Position numbers and translations under genes: made by a program. The notes under the pieces were generated by a model. The model worked only from the letters and a program-made list of their open reading frames with translations, searched no databases and was not told the origin of the DNA. Shown one piece after another: positions 13,801 to 24,947 of a stretch of 64,000 nt of DNA (within the stretch, counting starts at the first letter, position 1; each line of letters opens with the position of its first letter). The stretch is from Pocillopora damicornis (taxonomy: Eukaryota), in the NCBI RefSeq assembly GCF_003704095.1, contig NW_020844174.1, positions 62,001 to 126,000 on the forward strand. The letters are read 5' to 3'.

Positions 13801-16800
13801 TCCAATGACGAGGTAGATTTGTGTAAGTTAATTTTGGACGATCTCACAACACAGGCTGTAGACATAGCTCATCAGAAAAATTCCCAGATGAAAGAGAATA
13901 GTAGTAAAAGCGTTACGGATCGTGTTGCGTGCTGCCAGTCGTGCGTTGCGTTGCAAAAATCTTGCGACGTGTCGTGTGATAACTCTTTTTGTCAATCTGG
14001 ACGTAAATGCTGTGAGGAAAAATGCAGCAAAACTCTCTCAAATGACAATTCCTGTTCTGTGGAGCAAACTTTGGGTAAGCACTCAGTCGCTAATCATCGA
14101 GATATTCTGGAAATAAATCTTCCCTCCTCTGACCATAGTGTCTGCAACGAAGACAATGACAGTAGGCCATCATATGCTCCAGATGTCGCTGAAAAGTCGG
14201 GTCCGACCGATTTAAACCTCAGCAAAGAAAACAGCTCGATAAGTGATTTAGTCAAGACCCCGATAATATGCGATTCGTCTCCAATTCGTAATCTTAACAA
14301 AGGAGCTGAGAAATTTTTGGATAAGTCGTTCGCATGCTTGGATACCAGTACTGCTAAAGATACACGAGATTCGCGGGCCTGTGTGGAGAACAATGCGTCT
14401 CAACATCCTAATTCAGTTAATAACGATGTGGTGTCGGACGGACCCACTGTGGCGTTCGAAGGAATTCATTCTGTACCCCCCATCGACATAGTTGAACCTG
14501 ATTCTGGGATTTATATCGCTAATGGCCTGGAGGGAACATACTTCGCTGATGGCACTGACTTGCCACCGATTGACTCTGCTCTTGAAGAGGTGGAAGATGA
14601 GGAATCGTCTGATTGGTTTGAACCGCCCTTGGGTGACGCGCCCTCCCCTACAGATAGGGAAAGGGAAGAGTTACTGCCGTACGAAGAAGGAGATGAAATG
14701 AATCAAGTGAGTGCTTTAGGATTTTTTTTTCTCACCATTTTGCACTTCTTTTTATTTTTAAAATAACAAAATTACAACACACGAATGAGCATAAAATAAC
14801 TTACAACATCCGAAGTGAAAAGTACTGGAAAACGACAAAGCGAAATAAACGAGGAAACTTACAAGACGGATGTGACCAAAAACCCAAAAGACATAAAAAT
14901 GAAACCCGAAGCAACTAGACAATATGTTCCGCAAACTAGGAGAGACAACTAACGAAATAAATCACGCACGAACAGAATATGTACAATATGCGAATAAATA
15001 TAACAAGTACAAAACTGATAACTAATAAAGGAAACTAATGAAGACGAAAACTAAACACCTAACACGAAACTATGAGACAGAAATACATTCTTGCGCCTAC
15101 AGTTTCCAAAGATTCATAAAGGACCCACTACTCAGATTCATTATAGGCGTGATTCTTTGGTCAACTATTAGATCGCATGATCGCATGATCGCGCGTTACT
15201 GACTAGCAGCTCATTTGAACGCGCATGTGTATTTATGTTCATTCGTCATCGACCCGTTCATGTCCCTGTGTACACATACACTCATGTATCGCTAATAAGC
15301 CCTTATGAGCGCTCGCGCGCACACGTCCGATTTTTTTTCGTCACTGACCAGCTCAAATCAACGCGCACCAATGCGCGCTTGCACTCACAAGTGTGTGCGC
15401 GCACCCGCACTCAGTAGTCACTCACCAGCTCCCAGTATCGCGTGGGCACACGATCATTAATTTACCTCTGGCCGGGTAACACCTCGCTTCTACATTCGTC
15501 TTTACCCGTCACTGATCAGTTCACCTCACAGCGTGTGCACCCGCATTTGCACGTTACTGAACAACTCTCATGATCACGTGGGCACATGTTCATTCTATCG
15601 TCATTGACAGCTCACATATACGCGCGCGTGCATTGGCATTCACACGTCACTAACCGCTATACGTTAAAGTGCGTGCACCCGTATTCATTTATCACAAAGT
15701 AGTTCTCATAAACGCGTGCAGACCAACGTCCTCAAAGGCGCTTCCAACTCTCAACCTGCGCACACACATTACGTTCTCGTAGAGAAAAGTAGTTATTTAC
15801 GCATACGATTTTAAATATTGGTCTGTTTCCAGATTTGCTGCGAGCCGTCCTAAGTTGTGTTTAGGGCAGCGTATCAAGGACATCAAGAAACTTTGGAAAG
15901 CTATTAGAGGATTGACCAAGAGGAATACACCATGTCTTAACGGTTTTCCATGCTTTGATTTGATAGGTTGAAGGCTTAACTCATGTCAACCTGTATGTAC
16001 AAGCCCACTCTAAAGTTGTCCTCATTCTCCTGGCCGAGGAAGGTTTGAACAATGACTGTAATAGCATCAAGGCTTTGGTAAGGATGTAGATAAACCACAC
16101 CATTCTATTTGTTTGTCGCCAAAGTCGTTGGAATCGCTGTGTTAATATAACTTAATCAGTACTTTGACTGTTTTACAGTGGGAAACATCACTGAATCAAC
16201 TTGGTGAACTGGAGTTCTTGGTCAAAGAATCTTTGGGTGATGAATCAGTTCCTGTAAGTAAAGATCAAAACACACATAGTTCAAACCGTAGATCTTAATT
16301 ACTCGAGCCCTAAGGTGCACTTTTGTTTAATTACCTTTAAAGGTACTTAGACGCCAAAATGTAAGTTATTCTATGAATTTGGAATTAATTTTGCTCCTTG
16401 CAGCTTAGCTAAAAGTAAAAATCTATATATGCTGTCAAGGTAACAACCTCTGCCTGATACGTTTGGGTATTCTCATTTGCTGTTTGCTGGATAATGTATG
16501 AATACTATAGGAAGAAGTTTCACGTTAATTACTTCTGGGTCGTAAAGGGTTATTGTAGAATTATGAAAAGACATGGTTGAAGTTTCTAATGTTATGTCAT
16601 TATATACAGGTACAGTCTGATGAATATAGTTTCCTTTTGTATGACAGCTTTGAGAGAAACATGAAAGGTAATGAACAGAAAACGTGTCACGGAAATGAGA
16701 AGCTGCACGTTTCTAATTTTATACATGTTTATCGCTCGAGACATTTCAAGAACTGTATCACAACTCTTCAAAACGTAGAGATCAAACTCGCATTGTAATC

Positions 16801-17711
16801 CTACCATTGTTGAACATCATAAATGAAATAGTTTACTTACAGATTGTAAAGAAGCCAAATCTTTACCACACCGTTTATTTGTCCCCAAATTCATTTACTC
16901 ACAATTTAATCATTTTATATTTAGCAGTTTCTTCAATCTAAAATTATTAATCTGCACATAATGTAATGAACATTTTGACGTAGGGTTTCTAAGGGGCTAT
17001 ATACGTATGTTATTGTTCTGTATCATGTGTTTAGGCAACCTTGATGAGCTTGTGTATCAAGTGGACCATTCCTTCTGTGAGACGACCAAGCTTTTGCACG
17101 AGCAGTTTGAAAATTGTCCAACCCTGAAGGATGTTATACTCAGGTACTAGATCGACGTTACAGTGCACAACAGAACTTAATGTGTGCCTATTAGTCAATT
17201 TTGAAGACGGAAAAGGCAAGGTGGTGTCTCGCAGCACTTGTAATCATGCCCACATATCAAAGTTTTCCATAGTTTTAGCGCTATTAGAGAAAGCTACCCT
17301 TAAACCCCCAAGACCTGATAGGGAATTCTCTCCTCTGGCTGCCATTCAGTTACTAAATAGAAATTGTATTATTTTAAGATAACAGGAAGATAGGTTTGAT
17401 AACTTTCATCTCCAATCAACCGGACTCGTGTTTTTGTATTGTAAGATATTAAGCTAATTATTTCCGAGAGCAGAAGGGTTTAAGCACTTCCTTGCCTCAG
17501 GTGGCCGCACCTTCTTCATAGAACCTCGAAAGGTACCCATAGCTTGTTCTTCTGCTTAAATTTCTGCCGGCTTTTGGTCGACAAGTGTGTGTAAGTTAGA
17601 GTAGAGTTGTAGTGTGTAGAGCTGGGTACCTTGTACCTGCGAAGGAAAAGGCGCCTTATCCTGACGTGAAAAGTTGACGTGTATATGTATGTATGTATGT
17701 ATGTGTGTATG

Positions 17712-17746
<35 letters not shown>

Positions 17747-17966
17747 GTGTATATATATATATATATATATTCTTAATTTGTTCCTCTCTAGGAATCGGTT
17801 GTCAACGATATATGGTAAACGTAACCTGGGACGAGGCACGTACTTTCATTTGAAGGGCTCAAACAGAAATGGGCATACAGTCCCGTTCCCTCGCGACCCG
17901 ATCTGTCAAGTCGAAAGAAGGGCCTCGAAGATCCTTCACAAAGAGCATGGAGTGAACGTTTTCTAG
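7858..17966 (+). CDS. HPS4: Hermansky-Pudlak syndrome 4 protein homologue (BLOC-3 subunit), 14 coding exons
   Basis: Phase-consistent GT-AG exons: 7858-7892, 7970-8066, 8666-8809, 9491-9598, 10717-10848, 11723-11820, 12161-12230, 12611-12635, 12824-14706, 15967-16077, 16179-16253, 16610-16667, 17035-17143, 17792-17966. Motifs recognisable from HPS4: FFVYD..VKKEADP....YFYP, CGQLIG, FNFYHG, KA..LQACQR..HVLGGCILY, TQLEPSIT, VNLYVQ...LLAEE and C-terminal HGVNVF. The first exon/start is the least certain. Confidence 0.92.
8375..8461. repeat. Two-copy direct repeat (51-bp period), each copy with a small hairpin
   Basis: agagaaca(c/t)gttatgcagtcgcataatgttcct at about 8375 and 8426; TTATGC/GCATAA stem. 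Confidence 0.75.
10135..10225 (+). mobile_element. Possible Tc1/mariner(pogo)-type MITE left end
   Basis: ta|ccataaacgtccatgtataagccgcac...gtgcagcttatccatgga resembles TA-flanked CCGTA termini with an internal sub-terminal inverted repeat. The matching right end is not clearly seen. Confidence 0.35.
11050..11570. repeat. Pyrimidine-rich degenerate (CCATC/CCATT)-like low-complexity tract in HPS4 intron 5
   Basis: Recurrent ccatcc/tcatcc/ccattc units; explains the F/H/P/S-rich spurious ORFs 10915-11304 and 11157-11567. Confidence 0.8.
15190..15725. repeat. Degenerate CpG-rich minisatellite (about 45-bp unit) in HPS4 intron 9
   Basis: Repeated cgtcactgaccagctca....cgcgtgtgcacccgcatt-like units, e.g. 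near 15339, 15416, 15507, 15552, 15599 and 15645. Confidence 0.6.
17680..17770. repeat. (TATG)n/(TA)n microsatellite
   Basis: Directly visible, about 20 bp upstream of the acceptor of the last HPS4 exon. Confidence 0.95.
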
Positions 17967-18249
17967 AGGCGAGGATCTTTATTATGATTGGATTAATCGG
18001 TCAATTATCGATCAAGTCTTCAGTGTATCAGCTTTTTGATCGCGTACCTCCAAGGGAAAACGCCTGGCTGAGAAAGGCAGGCTTTTGTTTGCCTTTCTTC
18101 CACCTGTTGTTTCTGTTACTTATAACAACGCACATTTCATTTAAACTGACGAAATGTTCGGATTGTCTTATCATTGATACTTTAAAAAACAAATGTTGTC
18201 AAATACTTTTTTTAGCTTGGAATTCGATTGAGGTATCTTCCGCAACAGG

Positions 18250-18500
18250 TGTCCGTAGACGTATCATGCCTCTAATTTCCGAATCTACTGCCATACTAGT
18301 TTACAACACCTTAATACAACCTCACTTTGATTACTGTAGCCTCGTTTGGGACGGCTTAAGTAGTAAATTGAGAAACAAACTACAACAATTACAGAGCCGA
18401 GCAGCTAGAACAATTTTAAAAGCCGATTACGATACTAGTTCAAACCTGCTTCTCGAAATACTTAAATGGGACAGACTAGAAATAAGGAGGAAGAAACAAA
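18250..18500 (+). mobile_element. Non-LTR retrotransposon (CR1/L2-like) ORF2 C-terminal fragment
   Basis: VYNTLIQPHFDYCSLVWDG....KLQQLQSRAARTI.....LLEILKWDRLEIRR is the typical post-RT region of CR1/L2-clade LINEs; no RT core present. Confidence 0.8.
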
Positions 18501-19530
18501 ACAGTATATTGGTAGTTTTAACCGATTTAATATTGTAAATAGATAGATTGGGACGCTTTGTTTGACCTGAAGATTTTTTACCGAGTTTAAATAAAGATAC
18601 TACCTCTACTACTTGAAATTTTCAACTCTGTAACTCTTAGAGAGGGATTATTGGAGGCTGGAAATTTGTCTGGAATTACGCTGGCCCTGAATGAGCTCAT
18701 CTATTTTACCGATACATGTATATCGATCTCTGGGTGAGAGTGAGCTAAATAAAACTTAGCTTTATTACTTTATCGACAACCCTAAGGATCACTTTCGTGG
18801 ACCTTTTGGTCACAACAGATGAAATCGAAATGAAGGAAACAGGAATAATTTTTAATTAGGTAAGCTGATAAATAAACACGCACCAAAATATTTTGTGAAC
18901 GAACTAATCAGGGAAAGAAATGTGGGCATGAGATTTTTATTGAATTTGTAATTATCTGAAAGGAATCAGTATGCAGTTTTCTTAGCTTTGTCCATTCGTC
19001 TCGTAGAATAATTCAGTTTGGACACAACATTCTCTATTATGATAACAGTGTAGGAAACATTTGTAACAAAACTCAGCAGAGAGTCAGTGAAAATTCGGGA
19101 AAAAAGTGTGTACGTCTTTTTAATGATCACATAATGCCATGATTGACCGTTTTAACTGAGGTACTCTTGATTTTACTGATTGACGCGATTAATATATCAG
19201 GATCTCGATAAACAGGGAAGAAAAAGAATCTATCATAGAGTGGTTCGCCAGAGGCGTCATATATTCATTACCTTAAGATCCTTGCCAACAATAAAGCTTA
19301 GGGCGATATTACAACATTCTTGCCCATCTCCGTCTGTTGCCAAGATCTAAAAGGTTTTAAAGCAGGACCCCTTCTCCCCTGTAACACTTGGGAATTCTTT
19401 GTTCAGGGTTACCTTTATCCAACGTCCCGAAAGCTGTTTTATTTCTTCAAATGATGTGTAATACAAGTTCTGTTTGGTAATTGCATGCCTGTTTAGAAAA
19501 TACGTACGGAAAGCACAGATCTCTTCTTAT

Positions 19531-20896
19531 TGCCTGATTTCATGGCGCGCGGGAGACTGGCACTACCGGATTTTTGCGGACTNNNNNNNNNNNNNNNNNN
19601 NNNNNNNNNNNNNNNNNNNNNNNNNNNNNNNNNNNNNNNNNNNNNNNNNNNNNNNNNNNNNNNNNNNNNNNNNNNNNNNNNNTCACCTTATCACATCAGG
19701 TATGTTGTCACCTTTGAGGATCACTATGACCATGCTACTCCTGTCGGACCTGGCGTGACCCACAAATTTTATAGATTAAAGTAGAATAAAATTTAACATA
19801 TAGCCTNNNNNNNNNNNNNNNNNNNNNNNNNNNNNNNNNNNNNNNNNNNNNNNNNNNNNNNNNNNNNNNNNNNNNNNNNNNNNNNNNNNNNNNNNNNNNN
19901 NNNNNNNNNNNNNNNNNNNNNNNNNNNNNNNNNNNNNNNNNNNNNNNNNNNNNNNNNNNNNNNNNNNNNNNNNNNNNNNNNNNNNNNNNNNNNNNNNNNN
20001 NNNNNNNNNNNNNNNNNNNNNNNNNNNNNNNNNNNNNNNNNNNNNNNNNNNNNNNNNNNNNNNNNNNNNNNNNNNNNNNNNNNNNNNNNNNNNNNNNNNN
20101 NNNNNNNNNNNNNNNNNNNNNNNNNNNNNNNNNNNNNNNNNNNNNNNNNNNNNNNNNNNNNNNNNNNNNNNNNNNNNNNNNNNNNNNNNNNNNNNNNNNN
20201 NNNNNNNNNNNNNNNNNNNNNNNNNNNNNNNNNNNNNNNNNNNNNNNNNNNNNNNNNNNNNNNNNNNNNNNNNNNNNNNNNNNNNNNNNNNNNNNNNNNN
20301 NNNNNNNNNNNNNNNNNNNNNNNNNNNNNNNNNNNNNNNNNNNNNNNNNNNNNNNNNNNNNNNNNNNNNNNNNNNNNNNNNNNNNNNNNNNNNNNNNNNN
20401 NNNNNNNNNNNNNNNNNNNNNNNNNNNNNNNNNNNNNNNNNNNNNNNNNNNNNNNNNNNNNNNNNNNNNNNNNNNNNNNNNNNNNNNNNNNNNNNNNNNN
20501 NNNNNNNNNNNNNNNNNNNNNNNNNNGGGAAATCTGCTGAACTATTCCAGAAGAAAGTACTTCGCATTAGTCAAACTTGTAAATTCTCCACCTCACTTGA
20601 ACCCTCGGAAGTTCCTCCTCCATCGGCAAATTGGAAAATAATAGGAAGAAATGAAGNNNNNNNNNNNNNNNNNNNNNNNNNNNNNNNNNNCAGGAAGTAT
20701 TTCCCGTCCTGTAACCATAATGTTTGTTGGTAATACACCTACCCAAGCATATTGTCCTTGTGCAGTGGGGAAAAGTGGATTGTGCTGTCATGCAATCGCC
20801 TTGCTGATGCAGTTGAATTATTTTAGAGAACATAAGAAGCTGTTTCTTCATATGACTTGCACAGAAAAATTACAAAAATGGCACCTGAAAGGACCT
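19531..20896 (+). mobile_element. Partial ISL2EU-type element copy (TIR plus YqaJ-gene fragments including a SWIM finger), mostly gap
   Basis: TIR tgcctgatttcatggcgcgcgggagactggcactaccggatttttgcggact at 19531-19582, preceded by AT. 20527-20656 is the reverse complement of about 24545-24674. 20691-20896 encodes AYCPCAVGKSGLCCHAIALL...CTEKLQKWH (SWIM CxCx(n)CxH). Confidence 0.75.
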
Positions 20897-20996
20897 NNNN
20901 NNNNNNNNNNNNNNNNNNNNNNNNNNNNNNNNNNNNNNNNNNNNNNNNNNNNNNNNNNNNNNNNNNNNNNNNNNNNNNNNNNNNNNNNNNNNNNNN

Positions 20997-21074
20997 TTAA
21001 CTGTTTGCTGGATATTGTATGGATATTGTAGAGAGAAGTTACATGTTAATCACCTCTTGGAGTTAAAGGGTTAA
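20997..21074. mobile_element. piggyBac-like MITE end (family also at about 16420-16552, 34060-34192, 35017-35144)
   Basis: Shared ...tgtttgctggata.tgtatg.at..t.taggagaagtt.ca.gttaat.ac.tct.ggagt.aaagggttaa, ending in GGG+TTAA. Confidence 0.55.
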
Positions 21075-21198
21075 GCAACAGTTTTATTTTGATAATCTTG
21101 ATGTAAAACAAGAAATTACAACTACCATTATTGCTAAATAATCCGATGTGACCAAAGCCTTTTTGTTTTGTTTTGTTTTTGCTTTACTTTGCTTTGCT

Positions 21199-22419
21199 TT
21201 ATTTGATGTAAAGAGCATGGCTCACTAAAAATCCCTTTGGCTGACCATTAAACACAGATAGTTTAGAGTTAATTTGTCTTTGTTCTTTAAGTCCATCATA
21301 GATGAGCCAGGTATTGGCATAGCTAAACATACAGATGTAATGACCACCACCCCATAATGTTGCACTGTGTAGATTCAGTAGCTTCCCATTCAAGGTTATG
21401 GTGCTTGGTAGATCTTTAGTTCTAAGATGAGTTCTTCTACTCAATAAATCAACAGAAAAATGAAAAATTTCTTGAAACAGGAAAATGAACATGGTGTACT
21501 AGTCCTAAATACAGTTTGGGTACCGTTGCCATTCAATGTCACATCTGGCTGACTTGGAATACTAACTGGGGGTTTGCTTTGAAATTTCCTTTGACAACAA
21601 TTCATTCTTGGATGAAGCTTTGACAAAGGTACTGTAGTTATCATTACATCCAAGTGCAATGCCATGTGATATTTGAGTCTTAATCATTGATGGACAGGTG
21701 CTCAGGTTATAGGATGAGGTAATTGTAGTTGCTATAAAGGGCTGAAAAAGGCTTATAAAGTTACCTGATTCATTACCATAAAAGTCAATAATTCCATGCT
21801 TTATCACAGGTGTTTAAGGCAGGGTGACCTTTGCATCTCCATACCTCTTGAGGTCTACTGAGAATAATGCTGACTTTATAATGTTTCCAACATTATATAA
21901 CTCATGAAGGACTATTCTCCATTATTTTACCAATGCTTGCAATATCATCAACCAATTGTCTATTAGACAGGTATTTGCTAATTGAATTCCAGAACTTGTT
22001 GTACCACCCCAGGGTATGACTACTAAATCAACAGGAGAATGATTATCACCATGTATTGTTGATCTGCTATTGTTGCCATGGGTTACTGATTGGTCACCAG
22101 TGTCTTTGGTAGCCATAGGGCTGCTGTTGTCATGGGCATTTGATGAATCATTAGTGTCTTTGGTAGCTACTGCATTATCATCGTCCATAGTAGCTACTGG
22201 GCTACTGTCATGGCTAACTGATGGGTCCTCAGTGTCTTTGTTAGCTACAGGGCCATCAATGTCCATGGTAGCTACTGCACTAATGTTGTCATAGGATGGT
22301 GAAAAAAAGTCACTTGGCATCACAAAGGGTGGAAGATTCCTTGGAATGCGCATTTCAAATGTTTCTGGTGCTATTACTCTCTTCCAAAAACCTGATAATG
22401 TTCTTAAAAAGTCAGCAAT
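21199..22419 (-). pseudogene. 3' part of a disrupted YqaJ-exonuclease / USP-like cysteine protease fusion gene (host of the inner transposon)
   Basis: Reads IADFLRTLSGFWKRVIAPETFEMRIPRNLPPF (YqaJ C-terminus), then a D/S/T repeat linker, then PWGG...LANTCLIDNWLMIL (Cys box), then DLPSTITLNG...LHSATLWGGGHYICMFSYANTWLIYDG...SHALYIK (His/Asp box). In-frame stops at 21922-21924 and 21814-21816; frameshifts around 21450-21620. Confidence 0.7.
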
Positions 22420-22498
22420 TGCCTGATTTCATGGCGCGCGGGAGACTGGCACTACCGGATTTTTGCGGACTTTGTACATGTACTATTCCTGATTCAAA

Positions 22499-23815
22499 AT
22501 GGCGGTCGATAAGACCTCTTGGCATTGGAGTTGTGCCAGTCGATGCTGTAAAGCGTCCTGGAAAACGGAAGCCTTAACCTAAACTAAAGTTGCTTCAGCT
22601 AGTAAACCTGTTGTCGAAGCTTATTTGTTTGTCCTCGGGAAAACCATAAACGAAGTCAATTTTAAGAGACAAGTGATTTGTACACAACATTGGCCCAAAG
22701 GCGTACGAAAAAACCTGGAAGATCCGCCTTCAATTAAATACACAAATGTGCAAGGAAAAGAGACTAAAGAAGGTCGTGAACATTGGAACTGTGCTGCAGC
22801 TCTGTGTACAAACTCCTGGCGAACTAAACTCGAGGGATTACAATACTATCGTTTAAGTGACTTCGCTCAATGCAAAGACAAACAACATGCTTATAATAAA
22901 GTATTGATGAACAAAGCAGTTGACTTCAAACGCGATTTTATATGTTCAGTACACTGGTCAAAAGGATTTAGAAACAACTTAGATGATCTCCCAGATAGAG
23001 CGTGCCACCCGGACTACGTGAATAAACAAACAACAAAGAAAGTGACACCACAAAGTAAAATTGCTTCCGCAAAACGTTCTCTGAGTACGACTAAGCAAAC
23101 AAACACCAAGAGAAGGAAACTCATACGTTCATCCTGTTCACTTGACTTTAATTCAGATGAATCTAAATTTGACATAATGCAAAAAGAATTACAAGAGCTC
23201 AAAGAAAAGCTAGAGAACAAAACCGAAGAGGCAAACAGACTGTCTCTGCAAGTGAAAGACCTCACTGAAAAAAATGACAGTTTAAGCAAGCAGATTGCAC
23301 AATTTAAAGGGAAGATGAAAGACTTGACATTTTCATATGAATGTCTCAAGTTACGACCCAAAAGATTTTTTTACATGAGTGGATTAACTGTTGATGATTT
23401 TAATTGTGTTTTGGAATGCATCAAGCCATATATTTCTGTAATAATTTATCCTGATTGCAAAACTAACCAAGATGGGCAAAGAAAACTCACAAAGAGAACT
23501 GAATTGTTGTGTTATTTTACAATATGCCGTCATACATTGCACCTTGGAGTCATGGCTTTCCTCACCAACACAAGTGATTCAACTATATCCCATATTTTTT
23601 CTGCATCGTTAATATTTCTTTCAACTCTTTTTGACTCTATTGACCTCAGTCCATACCCGGGGGAAGTCATTTCATTGTTACCCAAAGAGTTTTGGTCTTC
23701 TGGTTTTCAGGACACTGTACTATTTGGGGACTGTACAGAAAACTGGATCTCATCACCTGAAAACTATGATGTGAGTAGTGCAACATTTAGTTGGAAGGAG
23801 GAAGACCTACTGTGA
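22499..23815 (+). pseudogene. Truncated transposase: two THAP-like C2CH fingers, coiled coil, HTH and start of a Harbinger-type DDE domain
   Basis: ATG at 22499, MAVDKTSWHWSCASRCCKASW, premature TAA at 22580-22582, same frame continuing ...VICTQHW. Second finger HWNCAAALCTNSW...FICSVHW; FFYMSGL; FGDCTENWI (first catalytic Asp motif). Ends abruptly after SSATFS, so the rest of the DDE triad is missing. Confidence 0.82.
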
Positions 23816-23891
23816 TAGCAATGCTTGTATTGAGTACTGTCACTCGATAAAGTATTGACTTTCAGCATTTATGGTTAACTTGGGAGATTAA

Positions 23892-24866
23892 TTATTGATA
23901 TGTTGGTGAAATATTCAATAATGTAATAATCCATTGTCTTACATATGGCAATGGTTTCAATGCAATCTCCATTTTCTTGTTTTTTTCCTCTTCGTTTAGT
24001 TTTTCTAGCTGTGTGTTATTGGGAAGGGATCGGGTTTTTATTTCAACCAAAAACTGCTGCCACCCAGTGCTCACTCCATCAGGACTGGCTCCAAATCTCC
24101 TATCAGAAGGATGTTTGAAGTACCCACACTGAGAGACACTCATTTTACTGTCATTTTGAAATTGTTGTATTGCATTTTGTTCCTGTTGCTTGCCTCTAAT
24201 AAAATTTGGTAATTTACTCCTTCTTGGATTTAAAACATGTTCATCAATTCTGTTCTTTATTGCAAACCATCCATTGTCAAACTCTTTCACATCATTAAAT
24301 CCTAGGAGAGATGGAACCTTGCTTGCAGTGATAGTCCCAACTCTTAGTGCAGGATTTGTGTAGGATTTGAGGATGTTTGCTTTTACAAATGAGCGTTTAG
24401 AATTGCTTTCCATCATTTTCACAGACGTTATTCGTCTCGAAGAAAACATAAGGTGCGCCTTTCGGTACTGACCTTTTTTACCTGCGTATTTGGCTTTTTG
24501 GTAGTCTCGAAAAGTATTTTCTTTAACCACAGGGACGTTAGGATCTTCATTTCTTCCTATTATTTTCCAATTTGCCGATGGAGGAGGAACTTCCGAGGCT
24601 TCAAGTGAGGTGGAGAATTTATAAGTTTGACTAATGCGAAGTACTTTCTTCTGGAATAGTTCAGCAGATTTCCCTAGAGGAGCCAACCTTTCAACAAGTT
24701 CTTGCTTTTCCCCGGTGACCTTTAGCCTCAATTCCTTACAATATTGCTTCAGACTTTCTTTGCCAAGTGATGGCAAGTTTTCTGGTGATATATCACATTT
24801 GATTGCCTCAAAAGTAGACAATTTTGATTCACATTTTAGATGAGTTTTTGGATTGCTTGCAGTCAT
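23892..24866 (-). pseudogene. SAP domain plus YqaJ (lambda-exonuclease-like) protein of the ISL2EU element, internally deleted
   Basis: LGKESLKQYCKELRLKVTGEKQELVERL (SAP); ITASKV, GASPDG and LVEIK (PD-(D/E)xK YqaJ motifs). Lacks the SWIM segment seen in the copy at 20691-20896 and the QxQxQ motif. Confidence 0.8.
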
Positions 24867-24947
24867 TTTGAATCTGGAATATAGTACAAGTACAAAGTCC
24901 GCAAAAATCCGGTAGTGCCAGTCTCCCGAGCGCCATGAAATCAGGCA

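Larger units (their letters stand above)
22420..24947 (+). mobile_element. Internally deleted ISL2EU-type (PIF/Harbinger-related) DNA transposon with about 82-bp TIRs and AT target-site duplication
   Basis: TIRs at 22420-22501 and 24864-24947; AT at 22418-22419 and 24948-24949. Removing the element and one AT restores the host frame (...DEPLIADF...). Contains convergent THAP-transposase and YqaJ genes, the known ISL2EU gene pair. Confidence 0.88.

Noticed and set aside
13215-14393. Antisense ORFs within the HPS4 giant exon
   Set aside because: Shadow frames of a real coding exon.
15190-15725. CRISPR-like repeat-spacer appearance
   Set aside because: Units are degenerate without constant repeats and unique spacers, the context is a eukaryotic intron, and there are no cas genes.
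17516-17839. YI-repeat ORF
   Set aside because: Translation of the (TA)n microsatellite.
19776-20567. 263-aa ORF and other X-containing ORFs
   Set aside because: Artefacts of reading through N gaps.
23892-24866. Phage recombinase or bacterial contamination / horizontal transfer reading of YqaJ
   Set aside because: It lies within TIRs opposite a THAP-DDE transposase and carries a eukaryotic SAP domain, the normal ISL2EU arrangement.
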